Of a DNA stretch of 64,000 nucleotides, positions 12,635 to 27,600 are shown in pieces. A program made the position numbers and the translations under genes. The DNA is from Malacoraja senta. Taxonomy: Eukaryota. The notes beneath the pieces were generated by a model. That model ran no database searches, had not been told where the DNA came from, and was given only the letters and a program-made list of their open reading frames with translations. Each line of letters starts with the position of its first letter. Position 1 is the stretch's first letter. Location: contig CM075988.1 in the NCBI GenBank assembly GCA_038087875.1, forward strand, positions 22,074,001 to 22,138,000, written 5' to 3'.

Positions 12635-15600
12635 CTGCAAAGTAAAATATGGAGACACATTGAAGCAGGTTCGTACACTTGGAACAGCTATAAATTCAAG
12701 GACTTTTCAGGGACTTTCAAGGTCCAAAAATCCCATTTTCAAGAACCAAAATCCAGCAAGTATTGGGTTCTCGCAGGCCCGGAGCGCCAAGCCTGCGAGA
12801 AACCATCAATACTTGCTGGAGATGAGCAGCAACCACGATGAGCAACAACAACATTCACCGCCTCTCCTATCCTCTCCGCCTCCCCGGCCTGGACCGACCG
12901 AACCTGCCGCGGCTGCCGACTCTCACCGCCGTCGCTGACCTTCACCGTCGCCCTGGGACCACCGATGCTGCTGCCGCCGACCCGTATCTCTACTCCAGCC
13001 CCACACGGTTCTCCACCAGCGACTCCGCCCACCCTTGCCTCTCCACCGGCCACCAGCGGGCCGGAGGTGTCACTTCACCAGAGTTCCAGGCTCAGCACCA
13101 GGCCCGCAACCTCCACGATGCAGACAGCACGTGGTCTGACTCTGCTGGGTCCTACCGCTCCACCCCTCCTATAAGGGAACCTCAGTAGTGATGGGTCTTC
13201 TCCTTCACCCTCTTTTAACCAGGCAAAGCAAGGTGTCACTACAGAGTAGGAGCCTGAAATTTTTTGTTGGGCATTAAATTCTGCACAAAACAGCGCTGCT
13301 GGCTAATATATCTTGGGTGTGCTAGAAACTAAAACACAGTTCCTTGTGCATAATTTAATATTTACCTGCTGTTTGAAATATCTCCTTTCCTCCTCATCAA
13401 TAAGAACGAGATTGAGGTAGTACCGTACAGAGAACTTCTTGTTGATATCCCTCATGGATGGAGTCAATTCATAGCCAGCCAGAAAAAGTCTGATAGGAAT
13501 GGATTCACCTAAACAACGGAAAACAAACTTATAAACCTGGATCAATCAAAATGATAACTTTATATTTTACAGACAGCAGTACAGCAGGCACGACCAGGAG
13601 TTAACTTAGAACTCATCCACAGTACTAGAACAAATACTTTCCTCTGGTTTGCTCCAGTGTGTGTTGATCACTGACTTGTTTAACTGGCAGAAAAGCCAAT
13701 TGCAATGCTCTGTGATACATGATGAACAAGGCTTTAAGGTGGAGTCACAGGACACTGCGTGGGCTTGTACATCAACCTCTTAAATAGAGATATCACAACA
13801 CTGCAGAGAATCAGAGCTTTGTTAGCGAAATCCCAGATTACATTCAAGCAGTAGGCTTGGTAATGGTCTGACAATCTGAGCAGACTACGAACAAATCTGA
13901 GAATGAGTCTCACAGAAACAAATTCAATAACAATTGTGCAAAACTGGAATTGAAAACCTGGTAGAAGAAACCAGCTACACACACACAAACTGATTTACTA
14001 ATGTAATGTAATTTTTCCGGGGAAAAAACGACCTGTCATAGAGTTATATAGTATGGAAACAGGCTCTTCAGCTCACCCTGTCCATTCCAACCAAGATGCC
14101 CCATCCGGTTAAGTTTAGTTTATTGTCCCATATACTGAGGTACAGTGAAAAACCTTTGTTGTGTGCTATCCAGACAGCGGAAAGACAATACAATATGATT
14201 TTGAGCCATTTACAGTGTGTAGATACATGATAAGGGAATCATGTTTAGTGCAAGGTAAAGTCAGCAAAGTCCGATCAAGGATAGACCGAGGGTCACCAAT
14301 CAGGTAGATAGTAGTTCAGGACTGCTCTCTGGTTGTGGTAGGTTGATGGGTCATAGGGTTTGTTTCCACACTGTATCTCCAAACCAAACTCAAAAAGTTT
14401 TACCATTCCACATTTTACAGTTTAACTCCTGACTTTCACATACTCACCTCTGACTGGGGCTCCATCCATTATTTCATATTTCGCTATTGTGTCATTTTCA
14501 TGAAACACATTTGGTCCAGTTCCTGTAGTCTCCCTTTTTATGATGTCAATTTCCATATGCTTGATTTTGATGCGAACTAATAAGAAATATATCTTTCCCA
14601 CAATTACATCCTTCAAATGGTACCTGGAGTTGCAAGAGATAAACATTAAACACTCACACACACAAAGTTTTTAAATCTCCTTTTTCTGTTATAGTGTCTT
14701 TGGTTTGTTCTGGAATCTATACCAGTTCATGAACCTGTTTCACCATTAATAGAAAAGATTAATTTAGTGAGGTGAATGACACAGTGGTAGAGTTGCTGCC
14801 TTACAACATCAGAGACCCGGGTTAGATGCTGACTATGGGTGTGTCTGAATGGAGTTTATACATTCTCCCTGTGACACGTTTTTTCTGTGTGTTCCGGTTT
14901 CCTCCCACGTTCCAAAGACGTGCAGGTTTGTAGGTTAATTGGCCTCTGTATATTCCAGGTTAGAACTAGTGTATGGGTGATTGCTGGCCAGCACGGACTC
15001 GGTGGGCCGAAGGGGCCCGTTTCCACGCTGTATGTCTAAATTAAACTAAAGATAAGACAGCACTAATCTTAAAAGCTGTGAACCAATTATCTTAGCAAAT
15101 TCTAAAGAAGTGGACCACAAATGTACTCACATTTGTACACTAGGCTGGGACGTCAGTAATTTTTACTATTTATAGCTTCACACCAATAAGCAATAACCCA
15201 CAAACAACAACACAAAAATAAGATACAGATAATCTGACCCAAGAGAAATTTAAGGGATTTAATTCTGAAGGGTCCTGACCCGAAATGTCATCTGTGCATT
15301 CCCTCGCCAGATGCAGCCTGTCCCACCGATTTCATCTCGCACTTTGTGGTTTGATTAAGGGAACAACATTCGTTGGCACATTGGGGTTAATCACCTTCCT
15401 ATTCTTTGACTTATTATAACAGGATCTTTTACACCTTGTGGAAGGCAGATTAGCTTTGGGTAACTGTCTTATTAGACAACTGTCTTAAACAAGACATTGA
15501 GTATGACCTCTCTCAATTCTGCTCAGAGTGTTGGCCTGAAACACATTTCTGTTAAAAGCGGGAACAGGTTCAAATGTTGCATTCACAAGGGGCTGGAAGG

Positions 15601-18600
15601 CCCAGTGGTGCAGCAGGTAATGCTGCTGCCTCACCACTCCTGCAGCCCAAGTTCGATCATCACCTTGGGTAATATCTGTCTGGAGTTTGTGCAATCTTTG
15701 ACTTGTTTTCTCCTATATCCCAAAGATGTTTTCGTTGGTCGATTAATTGGCTACCACAAACTACCCTAAGCATGGGTAGGTGGTGGGAGAATCATCCTGG
15801 AGATAATGTGCCACAAGCAAAAATAGTTACAGGGAAATACACGGGAGAACTGCATTGATCGAAGTGTGAGCATTGACACAGTTGCTCAATGTCGTAAGAA
15901 AACATGGAAGCAACATGGGCAATAAGGAAATCACAGGAGCAAGACGTGTTGGACTGTTCTTGCATAGAACTGATACAGGTTGAATTGCCTCCTTCCTTGC
16001 TGAAATAATTCCACAAGGGGGATATGAGCTTCTCAATAGGGCTTAGAATGCTAAGCCAAGGCAATCACAACGAGAAAGAGATTACGCTTGTATGAAACTA
16101 ACACATAACCTGTATTCTTTAATCAAGTTTGTCTTGTTCCAGATCCTGTCACTCATGATATTCTCATATGGTTACATGCAGCTTTGTTCCTCCTTTCCCA
16201 ATACATTGAAAACAGCAGATTTTCATGACACATACTTTGATTTGTTGTATTCGAATTCAATGTGTAGGCAGTCTTCAATCCCAACTTCCATTTTGATCGA
16301 TGAATTCATCTCAGGGTACGTACTGAGGGTGTGCACAACGACATCCGTTTCCTTGGTAATATCGTTTAACCTGCGGCTGATGGTTGCTCTCAGAAAGTAC
16401 CTGAATTGGAGAGATGTGGAAGAAAAACACTGAGCTTGTCATGGACATTTCCAGTACAAAAGACAAGTTCCAGTACAACCCACTGCATTAATGCCAGCCC
16501 ATAAAAGCTATTTAAGATAATCCCACTTCTTATCAAATAACCCCTATCAGTTACAGCAATTCTCTTCTTGCATGCAAAAGGGACTTCTACCTCCATCAAC
16601 GTTTAAAGGCAGCAAGTTCTAGACTCCCCCCCCCCCCCCCCCACTATACCGGTGAAAATATTTCCCTCTTCACTGCCACATTGAACAACCATACCATTAT
16701 TTATGTTACCTTTCTGCTGAAGGAACTAGCATGAACTGGAAGAGTCTATCTATGCTTCATAATTTTAAGTACATTTATTATATTGCCCTTCAGCTTCCTT
16801 TGTTCCAAAGTACAGAAACCCAACTTATTCAATCTTTGCACATGAATAAAATGGTCCAGTTTGGCAATAACCTTGTAAATATCCGCTGCGATCTTCTGTA
16901 TTAGTATCTTCCTTGCAGTAATGACCAGTACTGTCCACAGTACCGTAGTTTAACTAGTGTTCGTACATTTCTAGTAATGAGGGGAATGGCCTTCTAACCC
17001 TACAAATGCGATATATCCCAAAGACAGAACTAACTACTTATCTGTTCTAAACCTCAGGAAACTATAAACATACAGGACCTAGCCCCTGTTTTACGCTAAA
17101 TTATTTATTGTGCATTGCATTGCCTCATTTGATTTTCTCCATGCATTAAGTCATCATGCTCCAGACTGACTTCCATCCGTCATTTTGCACACCTGGAGGT
17201 CTATCTTCAGATATTATCTTGCAGCCTAGAACTTCTTTCTCTCAACCACACTGCAAGAGTTTGTTGACCATTCTCCTGCTAAGTAATTGCCAATTACCAT
17301 TTCAAAATGTGCAGCACAATTTTTGAATTTTGTGTGTTTCTAGTAGCATTGATAACAATTGGCTAAGTCATATATATTATTCAGTTTTGTTTTAATGTTC
17401 TAGCTCCGAAGCTAGACCAGAAATCACCCCACGGCCTTTGTCAGTCTGTAAGCGGACCACCTGTCCTTTGGTCAATGGCGGCAGAGGTCTGCTCGTGGGT
17501 TCGAATCCCACTTCTGACACCATGTTGGTTTGGAGTCCTTGTAATAATAAAGACCTCACACCATGTCAGGTTATACACTGTTTATTTAGAATAAACAACT
17601 ACAAGCTCTCACTTGGGAGTTCACTTCCGACTGCAGAGTGCAGTAGACCGCGACGCTAATAAGCTAGTGGGCGTAACTACAAAAGCATGACTCATAACAT
17701 GAGCCACTAATCTACACTGGGGAAAACCCACCTGGTCAGGGAGAGAACGTTAAAAAAAACTCTGTACAGGCAGCACCCTCAGTCAGGATCGAACCCGGGT
17801 CCCTGGCGCTGTAAGGCAGCAACTCTACCTACCGCTGCACCACCGTGCATAAAACAAATATTAATTCTGCATTCTTCACAATAATAACAAGACCCAAAGG
17901 GGCTGGACTCACCGTAACTTCACATTCTGACCAGTGTACGACTCGTATGGCTTTTCTACATGTGTAAACTCAAAGTCAAATGTTTGGGATTGTGTCATCT
18001 CACCAGGTCGGGCCAGATCTTTTACCAGAGACACAAACTCATGGTGATTTCCTCTATCGTAGTACAGTTCTATTAAAAGAAGCACATGTGTTTAAACATT
18101 ACAATGACTAAATATCATTTGTCCATCCACACATTTCTCACAAGAGGCACAGAATCTGTTAAAGTGAAGTCATTTTTTTTCCTTAATTTCCTTTTATCTG
18201 ACTCATTCTGCTAGGTACAGCTTAGCAACGTAGCTGGATCCACATACTTCAGCCTGCCAATAATCTTCACAACAAATTAAGAGCAGGCTTTCAGCATTTT
18301 ATAATCCAATAATGTCTTTCTCTTCACGATGTTCTGACATTTCAAATGCCATGAGTAAGTGTCGCGGAAAATCAGCTTCTCAAATATTCACAATTCTACC
18401 GCCAAATTATGATTAAAAGGAAATTCATGTAAGTGTGCTGATTTTCAGTGTAGATCTTCCAATTCTGGCAGCTACACCCGGTCACTCCCTCCTCTCCCCT
18501 CCCCCATCAGACAGGGGGTGCAGAAGTTTGAAAATGCATACCTCCAGATCAGGGACAGTTTCTTTCCAGCTGCTATCAGGCAAGTGAACGTTCATCTAAT

Positions 18601-21600
18601 CATCTAGAGTGTGGCACTGACCTCCCATCTACCTCATAAGAGTCCTCTTAACATAGACTTCAGTGCTATATTTTGCTGTGTTGTGCCCTTTCTCCTTCAT
18701 CTATACATAGTTTATTGTCACGTGTACCGAGGAATAGTGAAAAGCTTTTGTTGCGTGCTACCCTTCCAGCAGTAACACAATGTGGACAGCTAGATTGTAA
18801 CCATGTATTATCTTTTCGTTGACTGGATAACACGCAAATAAAATTTTCCCGCTGTACCTCATACACGTGACAAAGATAAACTAAACTAAACCTTTGTGCC
18901 CTAGCTACAAGTGGCACTTTCTTCATGTGTTATTCAGCGTGGAGGAGCACTAAATTGTCAGCCAAGGGACGACCACAGGTGATGTTCGGGAGATTGTTCC
19001 CATGCTTGTGCTTAACTTAATACCATGAGAATTTTCAGAGCTCCCATCTGAAGATATAGCACTATACAGTAAACTTCTGATGAATCTGTCCTTTATGTTG
19101 GAGTGTGTACATCTATGGATTACAAAGGAGTTATTTGGTATGAAGATAAGACACAAAATGCTGGAGTAACTCAACGGGACAGGCAGCATCTCTGGACAGA
19201 AGGAATAGGTGACGTTTCGGGTCGAGACCCTTCTTCACACTGATGTCAGGGGAGTGGGCGGTACGGAGATAAAATGTAGTCGGAGACAATAAGACAGGCA
19301 GGAGAACTGGGAAGGGGAGGGATTGGAGAGAGAGAGGGAAAGCAAGGGCTACTTGAAGTTTGAGTTATTTGGTACAGTGCCCTCCATAATGTTTGGGACA
19401 AAGACCCATCATTTATTTATTTTCCCCACCATTTGAGATTTATAATAGAAAAAAATTACGTGTGGTTAAAGTGCACATTGTCAGATTTTAATAAAGGCCA
19501 TTTTTATACATTTTGGTTTCAACATATAGAAATTACAGCAGTGTTTATACATAGTCCCCCATTTCAGGGCACCATAATGTTTGGGACACAGCAATGTCAT
19601 GTAAATGAAAGTAGTCATGCTTAGTATTTTGTTGCAGATCCTTTGCATGCAATGACTGCTTGAAATCTGCGATTCATGGACATCACCAGTTGCTGGGTAT
19701 CTTCTCTGGTGATGCTCTGCCAGGCCTGTATTGCAGCCATCTTTATTTTATGCTTGTTTTGGGGGCTAATCGGTGGGGGCGCTGCGAGACGGCTGCGTGA
19801 GGGGGGGGGGGGGTAAGGGGGAAACTGCTTTTGGTCGACTCCTCCACGGAGACGACTTTTTCCATGTCGCCTCCCTCGCGGCCTAACACCAAGGATTGGT
19901 GCAGCCCTTCCCGGAGTTGGACCTGAAGCTTCAGCAGCAGGCACAGCGTGGACTATTTACGCTTGCTGGCTCGCGGCCTACAACATCTGAAGCCGCGGTC
20001 TGCGGGGCTTCTAACCGCGGGCGCGGCGTCCAGAGCCTGGGATCCCCCGGAGAATAGCCCCGACCCGCCGGCCTACAACATCTTGAAGCCGCGAACTGCG
20101 GAGCTTCTAGCCGCGGGCACGGCAGGGAATTACGGACTTACTTACCATCGCCGGGGATCCCTGGAGAAGAGCTCCGAACGCCGGCCTGCGACATCTTGAA
20201 GCCGCGGCCTCCGGTAGGGAAGCACCAATTCGGGACTTATATTTCAGACGAGAGGGCCTGTACATCTGGCCGCCCGCAGCAGCGACTGCGGAGGTTTATG
20301 GCCCCGACCACGGGGGAAAAAATGGAGGAGGACTGACTGTACTTTTGTGCCTTCCACCAGTGAAGAATGCGGTGGTGAATGTTTGTGTTCAATTTTTATT
20401 GTGTATTGTGTGCTCTTTTTTGATTGTACCACTGCTGGCAAGTTCATTTCACTGCACTTTATTGTGAATGTGATGAATAAATCTGATTGATTGATTGATT
20501 GATAGTCCCCTTCAGTTTTCTCTTCAGCATATAAAAGGTATGCTCAATTGGGTTCAGATCGGGTGATTGACTTGGCCACTCAAGAATTAACCATTTTTTA
20601 GCTTTGGAAAAACTCCCAGTACCTTCAGCAGCCATACATGCCATTAACACCCCCACCACCGTGTTTCACAGATGAGGTGGTATGCTTTGGATCTTGGGCA
20701 GTTCCTTCTCTCCTCCATACTTAGCTCTTGCCATCGCTCTGATATAAGTTAATCTTTGTCTCATCTGTCCACAAGACCTATTTCCAGAACTGTGATTGCT
20801 TTTTTAAGCACTTCTTGGCAAACTGTAACCTGGCCATCCTATTTTTTGCAGCTAACCAGTAGTTTGCATCTTGCAGTGTAGCCTCTGTATTTCTGTTCAT
20901 GAAGTCTTTTGCGGACAGTGGTCATTGACAATTCCAAACCTGACTCCTGAAGAGTGTTTCTGATCTGTCAGACAGGTGTTTGGGGATTTTTCATTATTAT
21001 AGAGAGAATTCTTCTGTCATCAGCTGTGGGGGTCTTCCTTGGCCTGCCAGTCCCTTTGCGATTAGTAAGCTCACCAGTCCAGCTCCCAGATGTCCACAAG
21101 AATACCGAAGGCTGAACGAGGCTGGCAGTGTTAAAATTGGACGTTGAGATCATGACATTGAGATGTTATTTTCACTCTGCTTTAAGGTAGTGGTTCTAAC
21201 ACAACTGAATGGTTTGTTAGGCCATTATAGGGGTCAGATAAGAGGGCATAGAGTCAAGCCATACTGGTTAAAGACAGCACCTGTTTCGAAGGACATGTGA
21301 ACCTAGTGTACTTTTACAATAAACTGATTGTTTGGGGAAGTGGATACTATTCCCTGCAACTGTGAGCATAGCTGTGTTATCTGCTGAATGCCAGAAATAA
21401 CAGGGCATATACTGTAAAGGGTTTGACTATAAAAGTAGGGAAGTAACTGCAGTAACTGTGAAGGATGTTGATAAGACCACACCTAGAATACTGGTTTACT
21501 TGTTTAAGGAGAGATATAATTATGCTGGTGACAGTTCAGAGAAAGTTCACAAGATTAATTCCTGAGGCAAAGAGCAAAAAATAAAATGCTGGAGGAACTT

Positions 21601-24600
21601 AACGGGTCAGGCACCATCTGTCGAGGGAATTGGACTGATGATCTTGCAAAAAAGGGAAGAAGATTGAACTTGTTTTGCCTTCCATCACAGTGAGGAAGCG
21701 AGGGAGTCGCTTTGGTGGCTGTTCATGTTAAAAAATCATTTGGGTGTCCTGTTGCTCTTTATTGGTATGACTGTATGGCAAATCAAATTCCTCGTACGTT
21801 GCAAAACATACTTGGCTAATAAATTACTATTATGATTATGATTAAAGGCCATCTGTCCTTTTCACTCCACAGATGCTGCCCAACCCACTGCGTTCCTCCA
21901 GCAGTTAGTTCATAAGTTATAGGAGCAGAATTAGGCCATTTGGCCCATCGAGTCTACTCCGCCATTCAATCACTGCTGATCTATCTTTCCCTCTCAGCCT
22001 CATTCTCCTGCCTTCTCTCCATAACCCCCGATACCGAATCTTTTTGCCCAAGATTCCAACATCTGCAGCTTCTCATGTATTTTGAGACAAAAAGGCTGAG
22101 GTATGAGGAAAGTTTGAGCAAGAACAGTCTATATTGATAGGAATTTAGAATATGATGTGATTGTGTTGAAGCGTACACGGAGAGGATGATTCTACTCGTG
22201 GTGAAATCCAAAACCAGGGGGCGAAGGCTCTGAATTAAAGGTCCACCCTTTTTCAGCAACAAGAAAGAAAATCTTCTGAGGCACATGAACCTCTGGAATT
22301 CCTAACCTCAGAAACACGCAGGCAGAATTACAGTACATTGTTTCGTAGCTTCAAAAGCTGGATTTAACCTGTACAGCAGTCACTAAAAGCAAACAATGTC
22401 ACTCTTCACCCCAAGAGCCTTTGACTAGAGGAACGATTATATCTTATCACAATAATACAGATTATTGACCAAACCAATTATTGTACTGCATGCAACTCTT
22501 TATCTCTGTTATGGAGAAAATGCAAGGAAGATTTCTGAGATGGCAGGGCAAGGACACTAGATCATCAAGGCATGTATTCACTGAAGAATGGGGAGAGATC
22601 TCATCAAAAGTAAACATTTCTGACAGGGCTGGAGTATCTGGATACAGGGAGAATGTTTTTATTGAGAAAGACAAATTGCTGGAATAACTCAACGGGTCAG
22701 GCTGCATCTCTAGAGAACATGGATATGCAACGTTTCGGGTTAGGACCCTTCTCCAGGAATTTTGTCTGTCTGTTGCCAAGTCTGCAAGGGCATGGGTAAG
22801 ACACCACCAAATTCAGGGTCAGCTTCCTCCCCATTGTTATCAGGCTCCATGAGCTAGCATGCCGCCCTGATCTTCCAACCTTTTTCATTGCAGACCACAC
22901 ACTTTAAAAAAAAATCTGCACTCTGTACTTGTAATGCCATTACGTTGTAATACTATTTTTTGCGCTCTATTTATCTCTTTACACTACCTGTTGTACTTGT
23001 ACATGGCTTGATTGTGCTCATGTACAATATGATTTGACTGGATAGCACGCAAACTAAGCATTTCACTATATCTTGATACACGTGACACTAACAAACTAAC
23101 ACCAGGTGACTGCAATTTTACTGAGGACAGACGTCTAAACACTAAAAGGCATAAAAAGGGGATAGTGCATGAATATATATTGAATACGAGATAATTAGCT
23201 TTTATATTTCACAGCAGGGCAGGCTTTTAAATGTTATAATGCAACTACTTTCAGCCAGTTTAAAAACCACAACCTAAAGTACTTCTTTAAAAAAAAGGGA
23301 ACACCAGGGCATTGACTAATGTGAACTTAAAGTCTGTAATGGCTATAATGTCTTCAGCGGCTTCAGTTTTAAGTTGGGAGGTAATTCGTGATAACCGCAG
23401 TATTACTTATGGAGATACTTTATAATAAAGACCAGGGTGCAAAATCTTTATAACTTTGAGATGGCAAAAGAGGAACAGGAAATGCGTGCAGAAATTTAAA
23501 AGCTACCAAACATGTTTTAGTTGCTGTCCTACTTTCTTGGGATCCTAGGCGGTTGTTTTTCTTTACAGACTATTATATTTAACACCAAACCACAAGAGCA
23601 GTCCATGAATACTAAATACAACCCAAATAAATTACAGCCAACACCAGGACTGCAGTTGGCATTAAGTGAAAAGCATCCCTCCTCCTTCTCTGGCTGTAAA
23701 AACATGCGTCTTTACAGAACCAAGAAAATTTGGAGAAAAGATCTTGAAGGTTAAGGGTTTCTTTCACCACCCCTCTGACCTGTTGAGTATTTCCACATTT
23801 TGTTTTCACCATAGCTAACAGTATTCCAATAAAACAGATACATCAAAAATATTTCAGGTTAACAGAACAAAGTATGGGTACTTCTTTTTTGCAGTTTATT
23901 TTTTTTGGGGGAAAACACTCAGCTATCCTCTTGAACACTGCATTTTTGGTTTGCATTGTCCTATATGAAATGCTGGCAAACGTGAAGCTAATAAATCTAT
24001 TGAACATTCATATTAGAAATTAGGTCTACAGCACCAACATAATGCTTAAATTATTTTAGTGCAAAAAGTCCATCAATACATATATCTGATTAGCCTCATG
24101 GTACTTAAAGCAGATTACAATTAAATTAAAGATATTTTATTGACCTGCCATTCTCATGCTATTAAGGGCCTGTCCCACTCGAGCTATTTTTTAGGCGACT
24201 ACAGGCGACTAGGCTTTCGCCACATTGTCACCGGGGTGTCGCCTGTATGGTCGTGAGTAGTCTCCTCAGTCGCCCAAAGAGTTGTAGCGTCTTTCTGGTC
24301 ACCGCTGGATTTTCAACATGTTGAAAAATGTCGGAGACAGTCGGCGACAGTGTGTTTGACGACACTGAGCGTAGCTTGAATTCTCCTGACGTAGGTGCTG
24401 TCGTAGTTGTCGCCAGGTTAACGTAGGTTGTCGCCGGTGCTGACCTCGTTTTTGTTGTTGTTGTAAAAGTAATGATTCTATTTCAAATGTTATGTCGAAG
24501 GGGTGTCCAGTCGCCGGTTTTTCAGCGATCTGCTACGACTATGACAGTTGCCGGCAATCGCCTGAAAATAGCCTAAATGGGACAGGCCCTTTAGCCTTGA

Positions 24601-27600
24601 ATTTGTGCAGTGCTAGGTACTGGTCAAATTAAGGGAACTATTAAAAAAGTATTCAAATACCTTGTTTGCTGGCAAGAACCCAAGAATAACAGAAAAAGTT
24701 GCAACTAGGGTGCCAAAAAGACAAATACCATTTTTGTATGCTGAAAGTATTCCCTGATAACGTTATCACAGTCCACAACAGCCAATGTAAACTTCTATGC
24801 ACAAGAGAGTACAATGAGAAAATTAGCAAAAGGGGATGTGCAGTTTTTCTTTTGGTTACTGGTAAAATTCATACAGTATATTCAACTTTTTGAAACTATC
24901 TGCAGTACTGAACTCATTGTCATATCAGCATCTTTTGAGCAAATCACACATGAAGCCACCAGGTTTAGGCTTATTGTTGAGGTACTGTGAAACGCATGCT
25001 ATCCAAACAGATCAGATATACCATATATAGATACAAACTGAAGTACAATGGATAGAGCAATGGGGAAGATACATAGTGCAGACTCCAGCTGCACGTCACA
25101 CTGGCTTGGCAAGGCCACCAGCATAATCAAGGACGAGTCTCACCCACACTCCCTCTTCACCCTTCTCCCAAGAGGTACAGAAGTGTGAAAACTCATGCTT
25201 CCAGTTTCAGGGACAGTTGGCCGACTGGATAGCATGCAACAAAAATCTTTCACTGTACCTCGGTACACATGACAATAATAAACAAAAAAATATAGTTCTC
25301 AGCATTGTAGCGCATTAGTTCTTTCGACAAAGTCCAATGTCCTCAATGGGGAGAGGTGAATCAGACATTACCCTGAGGAGACTAAAGAAGGTCCATCTGT
25401 CCATCTGTCTCCTCGGATTCTGGTGAACTTCTACCGCTGCACCATCGAGAGCATCCTTACCAACTGCATCACAGTATGGTATGGCAACTGCTCTGTCTCC
25501 GACCGGAAAGCACTGCAGAGGGTGGTGAAAATTGCCCAACGCATCACCGGTTCCTCACTCCCCTCCATTGAGTCTGTCCAAAGCAAGCGTTGTCTGCGAA
25601 GGGCGCTCAGCATCGCCAAGGACTGCTCTCACCCCAACCACAGACTGTTTACCCTCCTACCATCCGGGAGGCGCTACAGGTCTCTCCGTTGCCGGACCAG
25701 CAGGTCCAGGAACAGCTTCTTCCCTGCGGCGGTTACACTACTCAACACTGTACCTCGGTGACTGCCAATCACACCCCCCCCCCCCCCCCCCGGACACTCC
25801 TCCCACCAGGATTTATTAGATTTATTTATTTACTGCTCATATTTATGTCGCTCTTCTAGGGAGATGCTAACTGCATTTCGTTGTCTCTGTACTGTACACT
25901 GCACAATGACAATAAAGTTGAATCTGAATCTGAATCTGAATCTGAATTATGGAAGTACTATTCAGAAGGCTGATAATGGAGGGGAAGAAGCACGGACTGG
26001 GATGGGACAAGTCTTTGATTATGTGTAAGAAGGAACTGCAGATGCTGGTTTAAACCGAAGATAGACATAAAAAGCTGGAGTAACTCAGTGGGACAGACAG
26101 CATCTCTGGAGAGAAGGTATGGGTGACGTTTCGGGTCAAGACCCTTCTTCAGTCATAATCAATGCTTTGATTATGTTGGCCGCTTTCCCCGAGGCACGTG
26201 AAGCGTAGCTGGAGTTAATGGTGGGAAGTCTGGTCTGTGTCATGAACTGCATTACATCTACAACTCTCTGCAATTGTTTGTGTGTTGGGCACAGCTGTTC
26301 CCAAACCAAGCTGTGATGCAACCCAAACAGTATGCTTCCTATGATACATCTAGAGAAGTTTATAAGAGTCATTGTAAACATGCTGAATTTCTTCAGTCTT
26401 CTCAGGAAATAGAGGCTTTGGTGTGCCTTCTTGGACATCGCATCAATGTGATTGACAGACAACAGATCAATGGTAATATCAACACAAAAGAAGCTCTCAA
26501 TGATTTCCATATCCACACAATTGATGCTGATTGGGGCATGCATTCCACCATGCTTCCTGAAATCAAAAACCAGCTCCTTCATCTTGCCAACATTGAGGGA
26601 GAGGTTATTATCCTGACATCATGTCACGAAGTTCACTATCTCATTCCTGTACTAGATCAGCTCTACAATGTTAACTTTGGGGACATTGACAGCTCTGGCC
26701 TGAACACAATGGACTAGGTAGTACATAAACAGGGCAATCTATGGCAATGAGCCATGATTCCGTCTTGAGAGTCAATTATAATCTACGTTCTTCCGCAATG
26801 ATACCAACTCCTACCATGGGTTTGGCTCTCCTGTGCACTAATGATAGCGAACTTTCTCTCTTCAGCATTGCATTCAACGTCACTATTGCCATTTCACCCA
26901 AATGCCTGCAGAAATTCCTTTAGCCTGTCCATAACAAAACTAAAAAACTTAATTTTTCTGAGCCACTAGAGTTTGGAAGATCACCAAGTTCACGCAGATG
27001 ATCGATCACCCACACTGTAGTTCTGTTATCTCACTTTTGCAATTTACACACTGGGGGCAATTTACAGAAGCCAGTTAACCTACAAACCTGCAAGTCTTCA
27101 GAATGTGGAAGGAAACCAGAGCACCCGAAAACCCACGCAGTCACAGGGAGAACGTACAAACTTTGCAACAGACAGCACCTGTAGTCAGGATCAAACCCGG
27201 GTACTCTGGCGCTGTGGAGGCAGCAACTCTACCGCTGTACCACTATTTGCAATTAATCTTACACTAAGTATTTTCACGCTTGCACTGGCTCTGTTGCACC
27301 ACAAGCTGCGTCTATATGATCACAAAGCCTTCTGTTACACTACCATTGAACAACCAATATCAATTTACACTGCCGCACATCTGTATATATTTCAAAGCCC
27401 TTGTCTCCAACTTGAGAATTGATGATCTTGTTGTAAAGGAATCTTTAGGAACAGATATATGATAGAATTTTACAAAGAAGATTAATGAAATTCAGTCCAA
27501 AACTAGGGTTCAAATCTAAGCAAACGAAACTACAAAAGATTCAAGGTGAAAGTTGGCTGTAGTCAATAAATAACATAAAACATAATTTGCGGAAAAATAT

